DNA of 64,000 bases from a virus (IMGVR_UViG_3300025860_001451:3635-67634), one strand, 5' to 3'; counted from the stretch's first letter, positions 37,239 to 48,527 are shown. Notes: a model not told the origin generated them from the sequence alone. Translations and numbers: made by a program.

Positions 37239-40200
37239 TTATACAATTGGGTAAGTTGGATAATTAGACCATAGCTTGACAGTCATATTATCGTATTGTA
37301 TTCCAGTTCCTCCATAGGAACCAGTTACATTATTTTCTACATATAAATCTCCAGTTGGTCCATTGAAAGAGTTTAAGCCTAAGTTCGAGGCATCTAATGA
37401 TATATAAACATCTCCAATGCCAGTGCAACCAGCAAAACACTCTGAACCTATAGAGGATATATTGTTTGGAATAACTAAATAATCACTAAACCCATCGCAA
37501 TTCTTGAAGCAGGAATTTCCTAAATTATAAAATGTGTTTGGTAACGACAACTGCCCAGTAAACGAACAGTTTATGAAAGACTCGTCTCCAATAGATTGTA
37601 AATTATCTGGAAAAACAAGAGCCCCACTTAAAAGATTACAGTCAGCAAAGGCTCTGTTCCCTATACTCACAAGATTAGGGGGTAGTTCAAAGATTTTTGG
37701 AGCAAATATATTATCGTCAGTTTTTAACTTGCAATTTTCAAACGCGCTATCGCCTATCGTTGTTAGGCTTGATATATATAGTGGATTGCCAATATCTCTT
37801 TCTTCAAACAACAGGTTTTCAAGTTCTGTGCAATTATAAAAAGCCTTGCTTCCTATTTCGTTCAAATTTTTTGGTAAGATTAAAGAGTTGATCTTAAATC
37901 CCTGGAAGCTATTATCTCCTATCTTGTTAAGCAGACCGCTTCCATATTCGAATGTTAAACTAGCAGTATCAGAAAAATTCCTAAAGAATGCATAATCTTG
38001 TTGTTTTGTTTCTGTCACCCAAGATCCTACCTTCAAAGCAGAAAAATTAGTATTTTGAAATTTTTGCTCATTCAAAGCTAAACCCGTTCCAATTGTCAGG
38101 GTTCCATCTAAACTACTACAACCTGCAAAAGCCTGGTCACCTATAGAGGTACAATAGGGACCTATAGCAAGATCACCAGATATGTAGGAGTTTTTAAAAG
38201 CCGAAGACCCGATGGTTTCGATATTCACTAGATCAGTCAATTGCGTTGAGCCAGGAAAAGGAGACCCATAATTTTCATAAGACCCTATACCTATATTTTT
38301 TAATAATTTTACATAATTCAAATCTTTAAATTTTGTATTTTTAAATGCATAATCTCCTATATTTATTAGCGAATCTGGATAAATAGATTGAGAAGTAAAT
38401 TCACAATTTTCGAAAGCACTAGCCCCTACGCTTGTTATGTTTGATGGAAAGTTTAAAGATCCCGTAAATCTAAAATCTTTGAAAGATGCATAACCAATTC
38501 CAGTGACATCATCTTCAATAATCAAAGAACCACCAACGTCTAAATTTAAACCGCTATAAAAACTATAATCACCAGAATTTAATTGATTAATACACCCTGG
38601 AACCACTAAGGTTTTTAAAGAGTTGCAACCAGTAAATGCTGTTTGAGATATAGAACAACCTGTTCCTATTTTTAAAGAATCTAATTGAGTACAGCCGCTA
38701 AATGCATATTCTTCTATAGTCACGTTATTACAGTCAAACGAAATTCTTCCTAACATTGAACTACATCCTTGAAAGGCAGATTGGCCAATAGCAACAATCT
38801 CTGGATTAAAGCTAGGTGCTGAAACAAGTGAATAATCTTTAAAAGCCTGGCTGCCTATACCAGTAATACTAGAGTTTAAATTCAAAAATTGAGTAGAACC
38901 TGATATATAATCATAATCTCCCTGTTCTATTGTTAAAATATCGTCTGTTACATTAAGAGTGTTAAACGGAATAGATATACTATTAAATCCGCAATTTTCA
39001 AAAGCATAAGGCCCTAATTTTGTAAATTCTGGGATCTCTAATGAACCAGTTAAGCCAGCACAATTATAAAAAGCGTAGCTATTTATTTTTTGTAAAGATT
39101 CTGGTAGTAAAAGGTTACCACTAACTTTATAGTCGTTGAATGAATAGTCTCCAATTTCTTCTAAATCGATGTTTAATATAATAGGAGTCTCAAAACCGCT
39201 ATAGAAATCAAAGTCACCATCGTTTATTATAGTGGTTCCGTTTTGTATAAACAAACTGTCAAAAGAAACCCCGCTAAATGCTGTATCTGAGATTACTGTA
39301 TTGTTGCCTACTGTTAAACTTCCTTTAAGTCCAGTACAATTTGCGAAAGCAAAATCTCCTACTGTATTAATACTTGCGGATATGTTTAGAAAACCATTAA
39401 ATCCAGTACAATCATAAAACGCTGCATCCCCTATTTCTGTTAGGAAGTTGCTGCTTAAGTCTAAATCCCCAGTAAAGTTATAACCAGAGAAAGTTTCAGT
39501 TCCAATAATAGTTACGCTTTCATCAAAAGTCAAAATGCTTTGGTCGTCAAAATTATAAGGTTCGTTTTTATACCACTCATAATCTGCCTTAACTAACGGA
39601 CTATTATAGCCCTGATAAACACAAAGCTCTTTGAAGTTACATCCAGAAAAAGAATTAACTCCAGGTTGAATATTGTTGCTTATGCATAATGTATCAAAAC
39701 CAGAACAGTTTGCAAATGCATAATCCCCAATAGATACACTGTTAACTGGACCATCCTGATAAAGCTCAAGCTTCCCATTAAAATTACTACAATTATGAAA
39801 TGCTGATTTTCCTATTGTGCGCGGGAACCAATAACTCAAACCTTTTAAAGTAAGATTCCCATTAAAGCCGCTACAATTTTTAAAAGCCTCCTCCTCTATT
39901 CCCGTGAAAAAAGGAGAAAATGTCAAGTCACCAGTAAAACCACAGTTTTTGAACGCAATAGGGCCCGTTCTTTGAACACCGTTCATGCTTAAATCTTTAT
40001 TAAAACCAGTGCAGTTATAAAACGCCCCAGAGCGTACATCTTTACAAGCCCAAGGCAATGTCAAGCCTCCAGTAAAACCAGTACAATTATAAAAAGCCTC
40101 AGCTCCAATATCTTCCAAATCAGAAGAATTTGGACGACTTACATTTATGCCGCCAATAAGAACAGGTTCCGTTTCTACATTTTCAATTTTAAATTCTCCT

Positions 40201-43200
40201 CCAAATGGAACATTTTTAAACGCCTTTTCATATATAAATTTTAAACCAGAGCCAATAACTAAATTCCCATTAAATAATGAATCTTCAAAAGATGAAATTC
40301 CAACACTATTAATGCTTTCTGGTATCCTAAAGTCTCCAGTAAAACCGTAACCACTAAAAGCATAATCCTCTATTGTTATTGGCCCGTTTCTAATATCTAA
40401 AGAGCTTGAATTTACAAAGCTATCATAATATGAAAAATCTGAAGAGTTTATATTTTCTACAAACCCATTGATTGTTAAATTAGTAAAAGAACAACCAGAA
40501 AAAACTTGAGAACCTACATTATGACCAGTTCCAATTATTAGACTTTTGTTTAGACTTTCACAATCATAAAATGCAGCGTCACCTATTCCAGTAACGGATT
40601 CTGGTATTTCAAGATTTCCGTTAAATCCAGAACAACCAGAAAACGCAGCGTCGCCTATAGAAATTAGCGTATTCGGGAAAATTAATGATCCAGTTAAACT
40701 ATCTGATTTAGCAAAAGAGTTACTGCCTATTTGATCTATTATTAAAGGTCTATTAGAATTGTCTATATCTAATATACCGTTAAGACTCTCACAATTATAA
40801 AAAGCATAATCTTTAATCCTTGTAACATTATTAGGTATAATTAAATTTCCAGTCAATTTATTACATTCATAAAAAGAATATTCATTTATAATATTAATTT
40901 TTTCATTTAAAATCAAACGCCCATCAAATCCAGAACAGCCATAAAAAGAACCATTACCAACATAATCGGTATTAACACCTATATTTAAATCCCCACTAAA
41001 ACCGTCGCAACCAGAAAAAGCATAATCTCCTATATTTTTATTTTTCAAGGGTATATATAGATAACCTTTGAAATCGAAACCATCAAATGAACCGCTGTTT
41101 ATACCAGTAACGTTTTTCCCAATTTCTAAAGAAGCGTTTAATTTTGATAAGCTGTCGAAGTCTTGGTCTTCTATTAATATAACATTATTGCTGATTCTGA
41201 TGTTGTTGAAGTTACAACCAGAAAAAGTGTCACTGCCAACTTCTGTATTTTGGTTACTGCTTATTGTTAAAGTCCCAGTTAATCCAGAACAGTTTGCAAA
41301 AGACTTATCGCCCAACCGTTTTATACTATCGTGAATCTTTAAGTCTCCTATAAGACCAGAGCAGTTATAGAAAGCTTCAGAACCTATACCTGTGGTAGCT
41401 GTTGAAAGTAGAATTTCTCCTTCTAAATTATGACAATTATAAAAACCAGAGTTTCCTATATTTTTTAATGTAAGAGGAAAAACCAAGCCACCATTAAGAT
41501 TTTTACAGTTTGAAAAAGAACCGTCACCTATTCCTGTAAGGTTCGAACCTAATTTTATCAACCCATTAAACCCAGAACAGTTTAAGAATGCACCATCTCC
41601 AACATAATCTGCGTACCTTGGTATTTTTAAGTCGCCAGTAAAATTATAATTATCAAAAGAATAGTTTCCTATTGTTTCCAAACTACTTGGCATAGTTAAT
41701 TTAACTTCGCTTTCACTCCAATAATCAAATGATGAATCCTGAATGTTTTTTACAGATTCGCTTATTGCTAGCTCATTAAAATTACACAGTAAAAATGCAT
41801 CGGGTCCTATGGATGTATTATCGCTTATTGTTATTTTAGAATCAAATCCAGTACATCCATAAAAAGCCTCTTTACCAACATTAGTGACATCGTCTTTTAT
41901 TATTAGATCTCCCTTGAATTGATTGCAGTTATAAAAAGCTCCAGAAGGTATTGTTTTTATACCATCACCCAAACTCAAATCATTAAATCCAGAACAGTTA
42001 TAAAAAGCGCCTTTTTTGATCCCCGTAACACCCCTACCAAGATAAAGTCTGCCAGTGAGATTATAACAATTTTTGAAGGCATCATTTCCTATACTTTCTA
42101 ACTCATCAGAAAGGTTTAAAAACCCACCTAAATTATAACAATTATTAAAAGCATCATTTCCTATATTTTTAACATCACTCCCAATAATTAAACTATATGC
42201 ATTTTGATCATCAAAACTCCAATTGTTTGGTATGTCTTCACTTGTAGTCCTTATTAATATTTTATTTTCATCAAAAACCTCAGTAGGACCAAAGTTATAT
42301 AAAAGCGCGTTTAAACCTCCATTTCTATGTTCGTCTAATGGGTTTGCAAAACTTGCTTTTTTTCTACCCAATTCATTTATATCATAACAGTTAAAACTAA
42401 AAGACGCTGAATAAGCTATTTCGTCATTTACTTCCATTTGATGATTCATAGACTCCAGCTTTACACCATCGAAAAAATATTTGATAGCATAAGAAGAACC
42501 GTTTGAATCTAACGCTCTTAAACTAAAACTATAATCTTTTTCTGATGCTAACAAACCAGAAATAAAACCACCCTCATATTTGCTAACTCTAGATGAAATT
42601 GATATATTACCATTAATTGGATATTTTAATTTTCTATCATACGGATAATTAGACCCCATTCCATATAAATCTACTCTATTTATTGGAATTGTAACAGAAA
42701 AGTTTTGAAGTATATGTTTTTCATTAACTATACTTTGACCTCCTACTTGAATATCCTCCAAATATAAATCCAAACCACATACAGGACTGTGTAGATTAGG
42801 ATTTGTTCTGTCTATTTCTCTAAGAAGCCTACTGCCGCTTATAAATGTTTCTTCCAAATTTAGTTTTCCAGCGCCTATATTATTACCTTCATTAAGATTT
42901 ATAGCTGGAGAATTTATCATTCCGCTATATATAGAAGCTTCCGTGTTTGAGCATTTATATTTTGTCTTTACGGTTGGCACGGACCCGTTGCTTAAAGAAA
43001 ATCCATATTCAGTTAAATAAGCGTTTCCAAAAGCAATAATTTCCCCGCTATTTGGTGTTGAAAGATCGCTGGACTTGAAATATTCAATTCCGTCCTCTCC
43101 TTGGTCTGGGTGATTATAAAAGTAAAAGTTGTAACTTTTATCTTTTATTCCGTCAAGAAGGCCTATTGGCTCATAACCCCCCTCCTCTAAAAAATTAAAA

Positions 43201-43457
43201 CCCATTAGGTATTCATTTTCCATATGTGGAGAAAACAGATAATCTATGTTTAAATCAACATCTGGGTGCCTATTTATGTCGTCTATTTGATAAAAAGAAG
43301 AGCCAACCTGTTTACCCTTTTCCCTACTCATTGAAAAACCAAAAGACGCAGCTTGTACGCCGCCAAAGACATAACCAGTTTCAGTCCCTGGTTTGAATGC
43401 TGGAGACGGAGTTATTAATACTAATGTATTGTTGCTCTTTAATGTTAACCTACTCAT
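37239..43457 (-). CDS. Giant virion protein: N-terminal tail-tube-like domain + long BspA/TpLRR (LRR_5) array
   Basis: Dozens of IG..AF..C..L.G.L.I repeats after residue ~400. Lies at the end of the tail-tip operon. The N-terminus resembles that of 1045..7257. Confidence 0.8.
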   Translation of the reverse strand: MSRLTLKSNNTLVLITPSPAFKPGTETGYVFGGVQAASFGFSMSREKGKQVGSSFYQIDDINRHPDVDLNIDYLFSPHMENEYLMGFNFLEEGGYEPIGLLDGIKDKSYNFYFYNHPDQGEDGIEYFKSSDLSTPNSGEIIAFGNAYLTEYGFSLSNGSVPTVKTKYKCSNTEASIYSGMINSPAINLNEGNNIGAGKLNLEETFISGSRLLREIDRTNPNLHSPVCGLDLYLEDIQVGGQSIVNEKHILQNFSVTIPINRVDLYGMGSNYPYDRKLKYPINGNISISSRVSKYEGGFISGLLASEKDYSFSLRALDSNGSSYAIKYFFDGVKLESMNHQMEVNDEIAYSASFSFNCYDINELGRKKASFANPLDEHRNGGLNALLYNFGPTEVFDENKILIRTTSEDIPNNWSFDDQNAYSLIIGSDVKNIGNDAFNNCYNLGGFLNLSDELESIGNDAFKNCYNLTGRLYLGRGVTGIKKGAFYNCSGFNDLSLGDGIKTIPSGAFYNCNQFKGDLIIKDDVTNVGKEAFYGCTGFDSKITISDNTSIGPDAFLLCNFNELAISESVKNIQDSSFDYWSESEVKLTMPSSLETIGNYSFDNYNFTGDLKIPRYADYVGDGAFLNCSGFNGLIKLGSNLTGIGDGSFSNCKNLNGGLVFPLTLKNIGNSGFYNCHNLEGEILLSTATTGIGSEAFYNCSGLIGDLKIHDSIKRLGDKSFANCSGLTGTLTISSNQNTEVGSDTFSGCNFNNIRISNNVILIEDQDFDSLSKLNASLEIGKNVTGINSGSFDGFDFKGYLYIPLKNKNIGDYAFSGCDGFSGDLNIGVNTDYVGNGSFYGCSGFDGRLILNEKINIINEYSFYECNKLTGNLIIPNNVTRIKDYAFYNCESLNGILDIDNSNRPLIIDQIGSNSFAKSDSLTGSLIFPNTLISIGDAAFSGCSGFNGNLEIPESVTGIGDAAFYDCESLNKSLIIGTGHNVGSQVFSGCSFTNLTINGFVENINSSDFSYYDSFVNSSSLDIRNGPITIEDYAFSGYGFTGDFRIPESINSVGISSFEDSLFNGNLVIGSGLKFIYEKAFKNVPFGGEFKIENVETEPVLIGGINVSRPNSSDLEDIGAEAFYNCTGFTGGLTLPWACKDVRSGAFYNCTGFNKDLSMNGVQRTGPIAFKNCGFTGDLTFSPFFTGIEEEAFKNCSGFNGNLTLKGLSYWFPRTIGKSAFHNCSNFNGKLELYQDGPVNSVSIGDYAFANCSGFDTLCISNNIQPGVNSFSGCNFKELCVYQGYNSPLVKADYEWYKNEPYNFDDQSILTFDESVTIIGTETFSGYNFTGDLDLSSNFLTEIGDAAFYDCTGFNGFLNISASINTVGDFAFANCTGLKGSLTVGNNTVISDTAFSGVSFDSLFIQNGTTIINDGDFDFYSGFETPIILNIDLEEIGDYSFNDYKVSGNLLLPESLQKINSYAFYNCAGLTGSLEIPEFTKLGPYAFENCGFNSISIPFNTLNVTDDILTIEQGDYDYISGSTQFLNLNSSITGIGSQAFKDYSLVSAPSFNPEIVAIGQSAFQGCSSMLGRISFDCNNVTIEEYAFSGCTQLDSLKIGTGCSISQTAFTGCNSLKTLVVPGCINQLNSGDYSFYSGLNLDVGGSLIIEDDVTGIGYASFKDFRFTGSLNFPSNITSVGASAFENCEFTSQSIYPDSLINIGDYAFKNTKFKDLNYVKLLKNIGIGSYENYGSPFPGSTQLTDLVNIETIGSSAFKNSYISGDLAIGPYCTSIGDQAFAGCSSLDGTLTIGTGLALNEQKFQNTNFSALKVGSWVTETKQQDYAFFRNFSDTASLTFEYGSGLLNKIGDNSFQGFKINSLILPKNLNEIGSKAFYNCTELENLLFEERDIGNPLYISSLTTIGDSAFENCKLKTDDNIFAPKIFELPPNLVSIGNRAFADCNLLSGALVFPDNLQSIGDESFINCSFTGQLSLPNTFYNLGNSCFKNCDGFSDYLVIPNNISSIGSECFAGCTGIGDVYISLDASNLGLNSFNGPTGDLYVENNVTGSYGGTGIQYDNMTVKLWSNYPTYPIV

Positions 43458-43460
43458 TTT

Positions 43461-44441
43461 TTAATAATTTTTATTTGGTAATACCCCCAATGGATCTTCG
43501 ATCATTGACACCGACAAATTATGAGAATTTTTCCCATTCCATTTGTGACTCCATTCTGTAGCTATAAGTACTTTCGGCAAGTTATATAGAGATGGAACAT
43601 TATGAGGGAACCTCATGTAACCCCCGTGAGACTCTAAAAAATGCAACATTGACTTAAGTTGCTTTGTGTCTATTGATGAAAATTCGTAAGTTATTGGGAA
43701 AACGGCAGAATTTTTCCCTTTTTGCATTCTAGTAGAATAAAATCTGCCCAATTTTTCTATTTTAAACTCTACTTCATTTTGCCAAAGAGAGTCTGGACAC
43801 CAATGGAAATCCTGATCCCAATTTGAGTACCAAGATTTAGGATCTTTTGAACCCTCAGAAATATGATCGCTTGTGCAATAATAATAATTTGTTATCTTTT
43901 TGTTATTACCAGCAAAATAGACAACATCATTTTTTTTGTATTCTTTATTTGTTTGCCAATCTTGCGCTTGATAATTTAAAAAATTCAAACTTCTCCAATT
44001 AAAAAGGTTTGCTTCTTCTTCTATAGAAAATTTTATTGTCAACTGGTAGTCATTGTTTGTTCTGTGTATCACAGAATAACCATCACAATATCCGCTCAAA
44101 CTATTATAAATTTTATCTTCATTTGAAGATGTATATTCAGCATCTATATAAAAGCTGACAACACCCTTGGTATCCTCTAAAAATTTAATTATTTTTTGTA
44201 TTGTTTCTTTGTTATATTTATAAACAAGAACGAAATTAGCTACCATGCTATTTATTCCACGCGGTTTATATGAAAACAAACTATCTTCATAATCCATTTT
44301 TATTACATTAGAACTAAAAGATGCTTTTGATCCATATGTTGGAGGGTATATATTAAATATACTATCATTTGAAGTTTCAGCTTCAATATTATTAGATCTG
44401 TCATACCAAAGATCCGATTTATTTATTCTGCTTTGTGCCAT
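43461..44441 (-). CDS. Minor tail protein (duplicated gpM/distal-tail-like domains with a CBM5/12-like insert)
   Basis: Two similar halves (IIKFLEDTKG / MLHFLESHGG) flank W..NKEYKKNDVVY..YYC..DH.S..P..W. Likely start is MAQSRI. Confidence 0.55.
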   Translation of the reverse strand: MAQSRINKSDLWYDRSNNIEAETSNDSIFNIYPPTYGSKASFSSNVIKMDYEDSLFSYKPRGINSMVANFVLVYKYNKETIQKIIKFLEDTKGVVSFYIDAEYTSSNEDKIYNSLSGYCDGYSVIHRTNNDYQLTIKFSIEEEANLFNWRSLNFLNYQAQDWQTNKEYKKNDVVYFAGNNKKITNYYYCTSDHISEGSKDPKSWYSNWDQDFHWCPDSLWQNEVEFKIEKLGRFYSTRMQKGKNSAVFPITYEFSSIDTKQLKSMLHFLESHGGYMRFPHNVPSLYNLPKVLIATEWSHKWNGKNSHNLSVSMIEDPLGVLPNKNY

Positions 44442-44446
44442 GAGTA

Positions 44447-47400
44447 TTATATATTTTCCTTGTAATACCAGCCCCACCATGAAGCGGTTGTATCGCACCA
44501 TACATCTGGGGCTCCAGGGATCGTATTAACTAGGTTGTAATATTCCCCAACGTATCGTGCTGGATTAATTATTAAATAAGGAGGTTCGGCATATTTTGTT
44601 TCTAGTACGAATGAATCGCCGTTGTCATCAACAAAATCTGTTGGGTTCTGATTAGAAGGCAATAAATAACTCCCTGGAAAGACCTCTTGCGAGCCAAAAC
44701 CGATACCAATTCCTTCATCTGCTGGTGGCGAAGCCTCAAATCCTCCTCCTTCATCACACGATGTTGATTCATTATCTAGTATAACCTCAGGATTTCCCAT
44801 AGGGTTATTTTCATCAAATCCATATCCAAACTGATTGTCAGATAAAATCCAGGCCATTTTACGAGAGGTTTTTTCATATTGAGGGTTAGCAGAGTAAGTA
44901 CAAACACCCTCTATCCACCATGTTTTATCATAATTAATACCATTACTATACGTTGTTTTTCCATCTTTATATCTCTGGTTTCCAGCCGAATCTATAAGTT
45001 TGACTGGCACTGGATTTATAACGCAATCAGGCGTTTCTCTATAGGATAAAGTAAAATCCCATTTTGACAACAAGGTTACAGTGACATCGCCAAAGAATTC
45101 ACTCTCTCTTACATAAGATGTATTCCAACTATATTTGCCGTTTTGATTTGCCCCGTACGTAGACGTTGAAAGTCGGTAATTTGGGTAGCTTGTAAGGTCA
45201 CTAGTCCAGGAGAAAACATAATTTGGTAGGTCCGAAGTATAAAAAGGCTTAAGTTCATCACCCGCAACAATTTCAGTATAAGGAACCTCTTGACCCGCTT
45301 CTAGCGCCTCTATCTCGTCATATTTGGTTTCTAAATACTTATGGGCTGTTACTTCATATGCGTCTTCAGAATCTGATATTGATAATATTTTATAAACATC
45401 TGAACTTCTATTTATTAATCTTGATCTGTAAGCAGAGCCCTTGGGAATAAACTCTATTAAATTAGAATTAATTGAGTTCTCTTTTATGAATAAAGTACAA
45501 CCGAAATCATCGTTTACATAAGATTCAATTTCTAACTCTTTTATTTGAGAAGAACTGCCTAGATAACCTGAATTAAAAGAGCTTTCTTCTACAGGTATAT
45601 ATACTTTTATTTTCTTTTCATAATCTGATGAAAATGGGTTGTTTATTTTAATCCAATAATTGTCTTGATCAATTTCCATAACCCTTCCATAGTTTATGGA
45701 TCCAGTTTTTAGTTCGTCTTCTATATGAATGAAGTCTCCAGGTCTACAAAGTAGAATTTCATTCCCACATTCAAAAGAAACAATCTGATTTTCTTTTGTG
45801 GTTTGATAAATAACATGCCAAGCAGCCCTTCTGGCTTGGGCTTTTGAAGTCACCCCAATAACATCAAGTGTTTTTTTAAAAACGCCTCTTTTTCTTATAT
45901 CTTGGGAATCTTCAACAAGTTCGGTTTTTGTTTTAAAATCCTCGTTTTGGTCTATATATATAACTTCTATAGTATTAAATTGCTCTTCTCTTTTATAGGT
46001 AGAATAACTAAAGGCTCCGTTCCTTACATTTTGATTATTAAACAAAGCAACAGCATCCTTTGGTCTGTCGTCTGTAAATTCAACAGAATCCTTTGAATAA
46101 TAAATGGACCCCCTAAATATTGCTGTTATTGTATTTAAAGCGTCGTATATTTTAGTTTCTGCAGAAAACATAATATTACATGAAAATCTTGGTTCCAAAC
46201 CGCCGTCGTTGTTTTGAACCCCAACAAAGTTTCCATTATCATCAACAGCGTCGCAATACCTTGCTATGTTATAAAGATCCCATTTATTTATCGTTTCCGC
46301 TTCTATATGATTTCCCAAACCATATCTAAAATCGGTCAACATATCATATAAAATCCAAGCTGGATTATCTGTCCATCCCCAATTAAAATTCCCATTCCAA
46401 TCTCCTTCGTATATGTTTGTATCTATTTGGCCTAATTGGCAAGCTTTTTTATAACGTCTTTTATCATAACCGTTTGGCAGTGTCGGGCTATAGTTAGATG
46501 GTATTCTAACCTGCTTTAATTTGCAATCAAAAGTCCTTATTGGTATACTGGAAAACACCCTAGCATCAACTACAGTCGCTACCGTTGCTGAATAAGGGTA
46601 GTTTAGAACAAACTCTTGAACTTCTGATATTTTTTCAACAGAAACCTCCTTATCAACTAAAGTAGAGTTTGATTCGTGTGAAAATTTTGTTACCCTAATA
46701 AACCTGTTTAAGGTTGAGGTGTACATAGAGCTAGTGTTATACCTTTCATCAGGTATACCGCGATCTCTAATAAAAGGCGATTCTAGCTCGAAATACTCAT
46801 ACAAACCCCCTCTTCCAGTTCCAATTCCTCCTAAAACCTCCTTAATATCACACCCCAAAATTTCTTGTCCATCATCAGCCCTAGGGTTGCCAAGGTCAAT
46901 TGATACACCGTTTTCAACAAGGGCCGATATTTGGAAATTTGTTGCATATGTTACTGTCTCAATACCATTTACATCAATGGCTCCAGTTTCTACTCTTATG
47001 TTTAAAACTGCAGGTATTCTAGCTCCAGCTTCAAGTTCAGGGTCTTCAACATCACCAATAGACTTTTCTACCATGTCCGCCAATCTATCTATTTTTATAG
47101 TAAGATTAACTTTTGTTACATTTGGATTATAAATTACATGCGTTAATGGGATAGCCTTTTCATCATAGTCTTGATAATTTTTATCCCAGTCTGAGTATGA
47201 TTTTTCTGTTCTATCCCTATAGTCGTTACTTCCTTCTTCGCCAGGATTTGGAAACCTAGATTTTGCAAAGTTAACACTCGGATACGAGCACTCCCCCCCC
47301 GATTTAAGGAGGAAGCCGCCCCCACTTGGCTTTATTTTTTGTACCTGACCCGATGTGGAAAAAGGCCCAAAAAGTCTATAATTATATACGTAATCAACAG

Positions 47401-47524
47401 GAACTATTTGTCCAAAACTTACCCCTAAGCTGCTCTCATACCCTTTAGAAAAGCGCACATCCGCATTAGACCAATTATATTTGGCCGTAGCGTTTTCATT
47501 AAAATCTATTTGTTCGCAATTCAT
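44447..47524 (-). CDS. Tail tip/host-specificity protein J (TipJ-like), main C-terminal part
   Basis: LNYPYSA..VDAR.F..IP.R, VRIPSNY, WTDNPAWILYD.LT..RYGLG, RYCD, EPRFSCN, G.TS..QARR, RPGD.I. Confidence 0.9.
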   Translation of the reverse strand: MNCEQIDFNENATAKYNWSNADVRFSKGYESSLGVSFGQIVPVDYVYNYRLFGPFSTSGQVQKIKPSGGGFLLKSGGECSYPSVNFAKSRFPNPGEEGSNDYRDRTEKSYSDWDKNYQDYDEKAIPLTHVIYNPNVTKVNLTIKIDRLADMVEKSIGDVEDPELEAGARIPAVLNIRVETGAIDVNGIETVTYATNFQISALVENGVSIDLGNPRADDGQEILGCDIKEVLGGIGTGRGGLYEYFELESPFIRDRGIPDERYNTSSMYTSTLNRFIRVTKFSHESNSTLVDKEVSVEKISEVQEFVLNYPYSATVATVVDARVFSSIPIRTFDCKLKQVRIPSNYSPTLPNGYDKRRYKKACQLGQIDTNIYEGDWNGNFNWGWTDNPAWILYDMLTDFRYGLGNHIEAETINKWDLYNIARYCDAVDDNGNFVGVQNNDGGLEPRFSCNIMFSAETKIYDALNTITAIFRGSIYYSKDSVEFTDDRPKDAVALFNNQNVRNGAFSYSTYKREEQFNTIEVIYIDQNEDFKTKTELVEDSQDIRKRGVFKKTLDVIGVTSKAQARRAAWHVIYQTTKENQIVSFECGNEILLCRPGDFIHIEDELKTGSINYGRVMEIDQDNYWIKINNPFSSDYEKKIKVYIPVEESSFNSGYLGSSSQIKELEIESYVNDDFGCTLFIKENSINSNLIEFIPKGSAYRSRLINRSSDVYKILSISDSEDAYEVTAHKYLETKYDEIEALEAGQEVPYTEIVAGDELKPFYTSDLPNYVFSWTSDLTSYPNYRLSTSTYGANQNGKYSWNTSYVRESEFFGDVTVTLLSKWDFTLSYRETPDCVINPVPVKLIDSAGNQRYKDGKTTYSNGINYDKTWWIEGVCTYSANPQYEKTSRKMAWILSDNQFGYGFDENNPMGNPEVILDNESTSCDEGGGFEASPPADEGIGIGFGSQEVFPGSYLLPSNQNPTDFVDDNGDSFVLETKYAEPPYLIINPARYVGEYYNLVNTIPGAPDVWCDTTASWWGWYYKENI

Positions 47525-48378
47525 AAAACACTCTCATCCCTTATCATCACTATTTCTACACCATATTTAAAGAAATCTATTAAATAATGGTCTACAATCA
47601 TTTCATTAAACAACACCGTCTTTCCATCTTTCGTTGTCTTATGTTTCATATTTGAAATCACAGGAAGCCTCATAAAATAAAAGCCCTTAACCTTACCTGC
47701 CCAAAATCCATTTTTATCTAAAGATGGATAAAGAAGAGATAATGAATTTTTTCTAAAAACAGAACCAATCTTATCTCCTTTTGATTTCAGCTTAAAACTC
47801 AACTCATTTTGCTCTTTAAAAATATTTCCATGTTCTTCTTTTGAGTAGCCTTGTATTTCCTCATTTATATAAATAGACATGTAAGGGGAAAAGTAATTAA
47901 GGCCATCCAAAATCCAACCTCTAGATATTTTTTCGTCAGAATTATAACCGAACTTTTCGCAGATATAATCCTTTAGAGAATTCAGTGTAATGTTTTCAAC
48001 AGGAAAGGTTTTTAAGCCAAGGTTTTTGACAGCTATTTTTTTAGCTACTTTAGATTCTATTTTGTTTTCATTCGTCTCGCTTATAGAATTCAAAAGCTCT
48101 TTGGATCCTCTATACAAATTAGACAAGTAACAAAAAACATCATCCTTATGCTTGACTCCCAGACACAAATTAATATTATATATACCTCTGTAATCAGAAA
48201 AATCCTTTATTGGTACAGATGTATTTTCAAAAGAAGAGTTTCCATAAATATTCTTACCAAGCTCGACGTCCAACGATTCGCTTTTAAAATCTCTTATGTC
48301 ATCAAGAATTCTTTGCGTAGAATTAATATATTTTTCTTCTTCTATATATTGAGAAAATATTATTTTGTTTTGTTTCAT
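47521..48378 (-). CDS. Hypothetical protein lying between the two gpJ parts
   Basis: 285-aa ORF with ATGA overlap with the main J gene. Confidence 0.7.
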   Translation of the reverse strand: MKQNKIIFSQYIEEEKYINSTQRILDDIRDFKSESLDVELGKNIYGNSSFENTSVPIKDFSDYRGIYNINLCLGVKHKDDVFCYLSNLYRGSKELLNSISETNENKIESKVAKKIAVKNLGLKTFPVENITLNSLKDYICEKFGYNSDEKISRGWILDGLNYFSPYMSIYINEEIQGYSKEEHGNIFKEQNELSFKLKSKGDKIGSVFRKNSLSLLYPSLDKNGFWAGKVKGFYFMRLPVISNMKHKTTKDGKTVLFNEMIVDHYLIDFFKYGVEIVMIRDESVL

Positions 48379-48387
48379 TCTTTGAAT

Positions 48388-48519
48388 TTATTTTTCAGAA
48401 GATAAATCATTAAGCTTCATATTGGTATGAAGTATTTTCATTATAGCTTCTCTCAAACATAAGCCAATAAGATTTTTACGAACAGGCTTGAGTTGTTTTA
48501 TTTTTGTGTTTTTTTCCAT
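48388..48519 (-). CDS. Small hypothetical protein (43 aa, MEKNTKIKQLKPVRKNLIGLCLREAIMKIL...)
   Basis: Hand-translated. Fills the gap between the J N-terminal fragment and the 285-aa ORF. Confidence 0.4.
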   Translation of the reverse strand: MEKNTKIKQLKPVRKNLIGLCLREAIMKILHTNMKLNDLSSEK

Positions 48520-48527
48520 TTATTTTT

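Noticed and set aside
47521-48519. Group I intron with a GIY-YIG homing endonuclease inside gpJ
   Set aside because: The ORF has GIY but no properly spaced YIG/YVG, ORFs fill the whole interval, and I could not see an intron core. A covariance-model search would be needed to exclude it fully.
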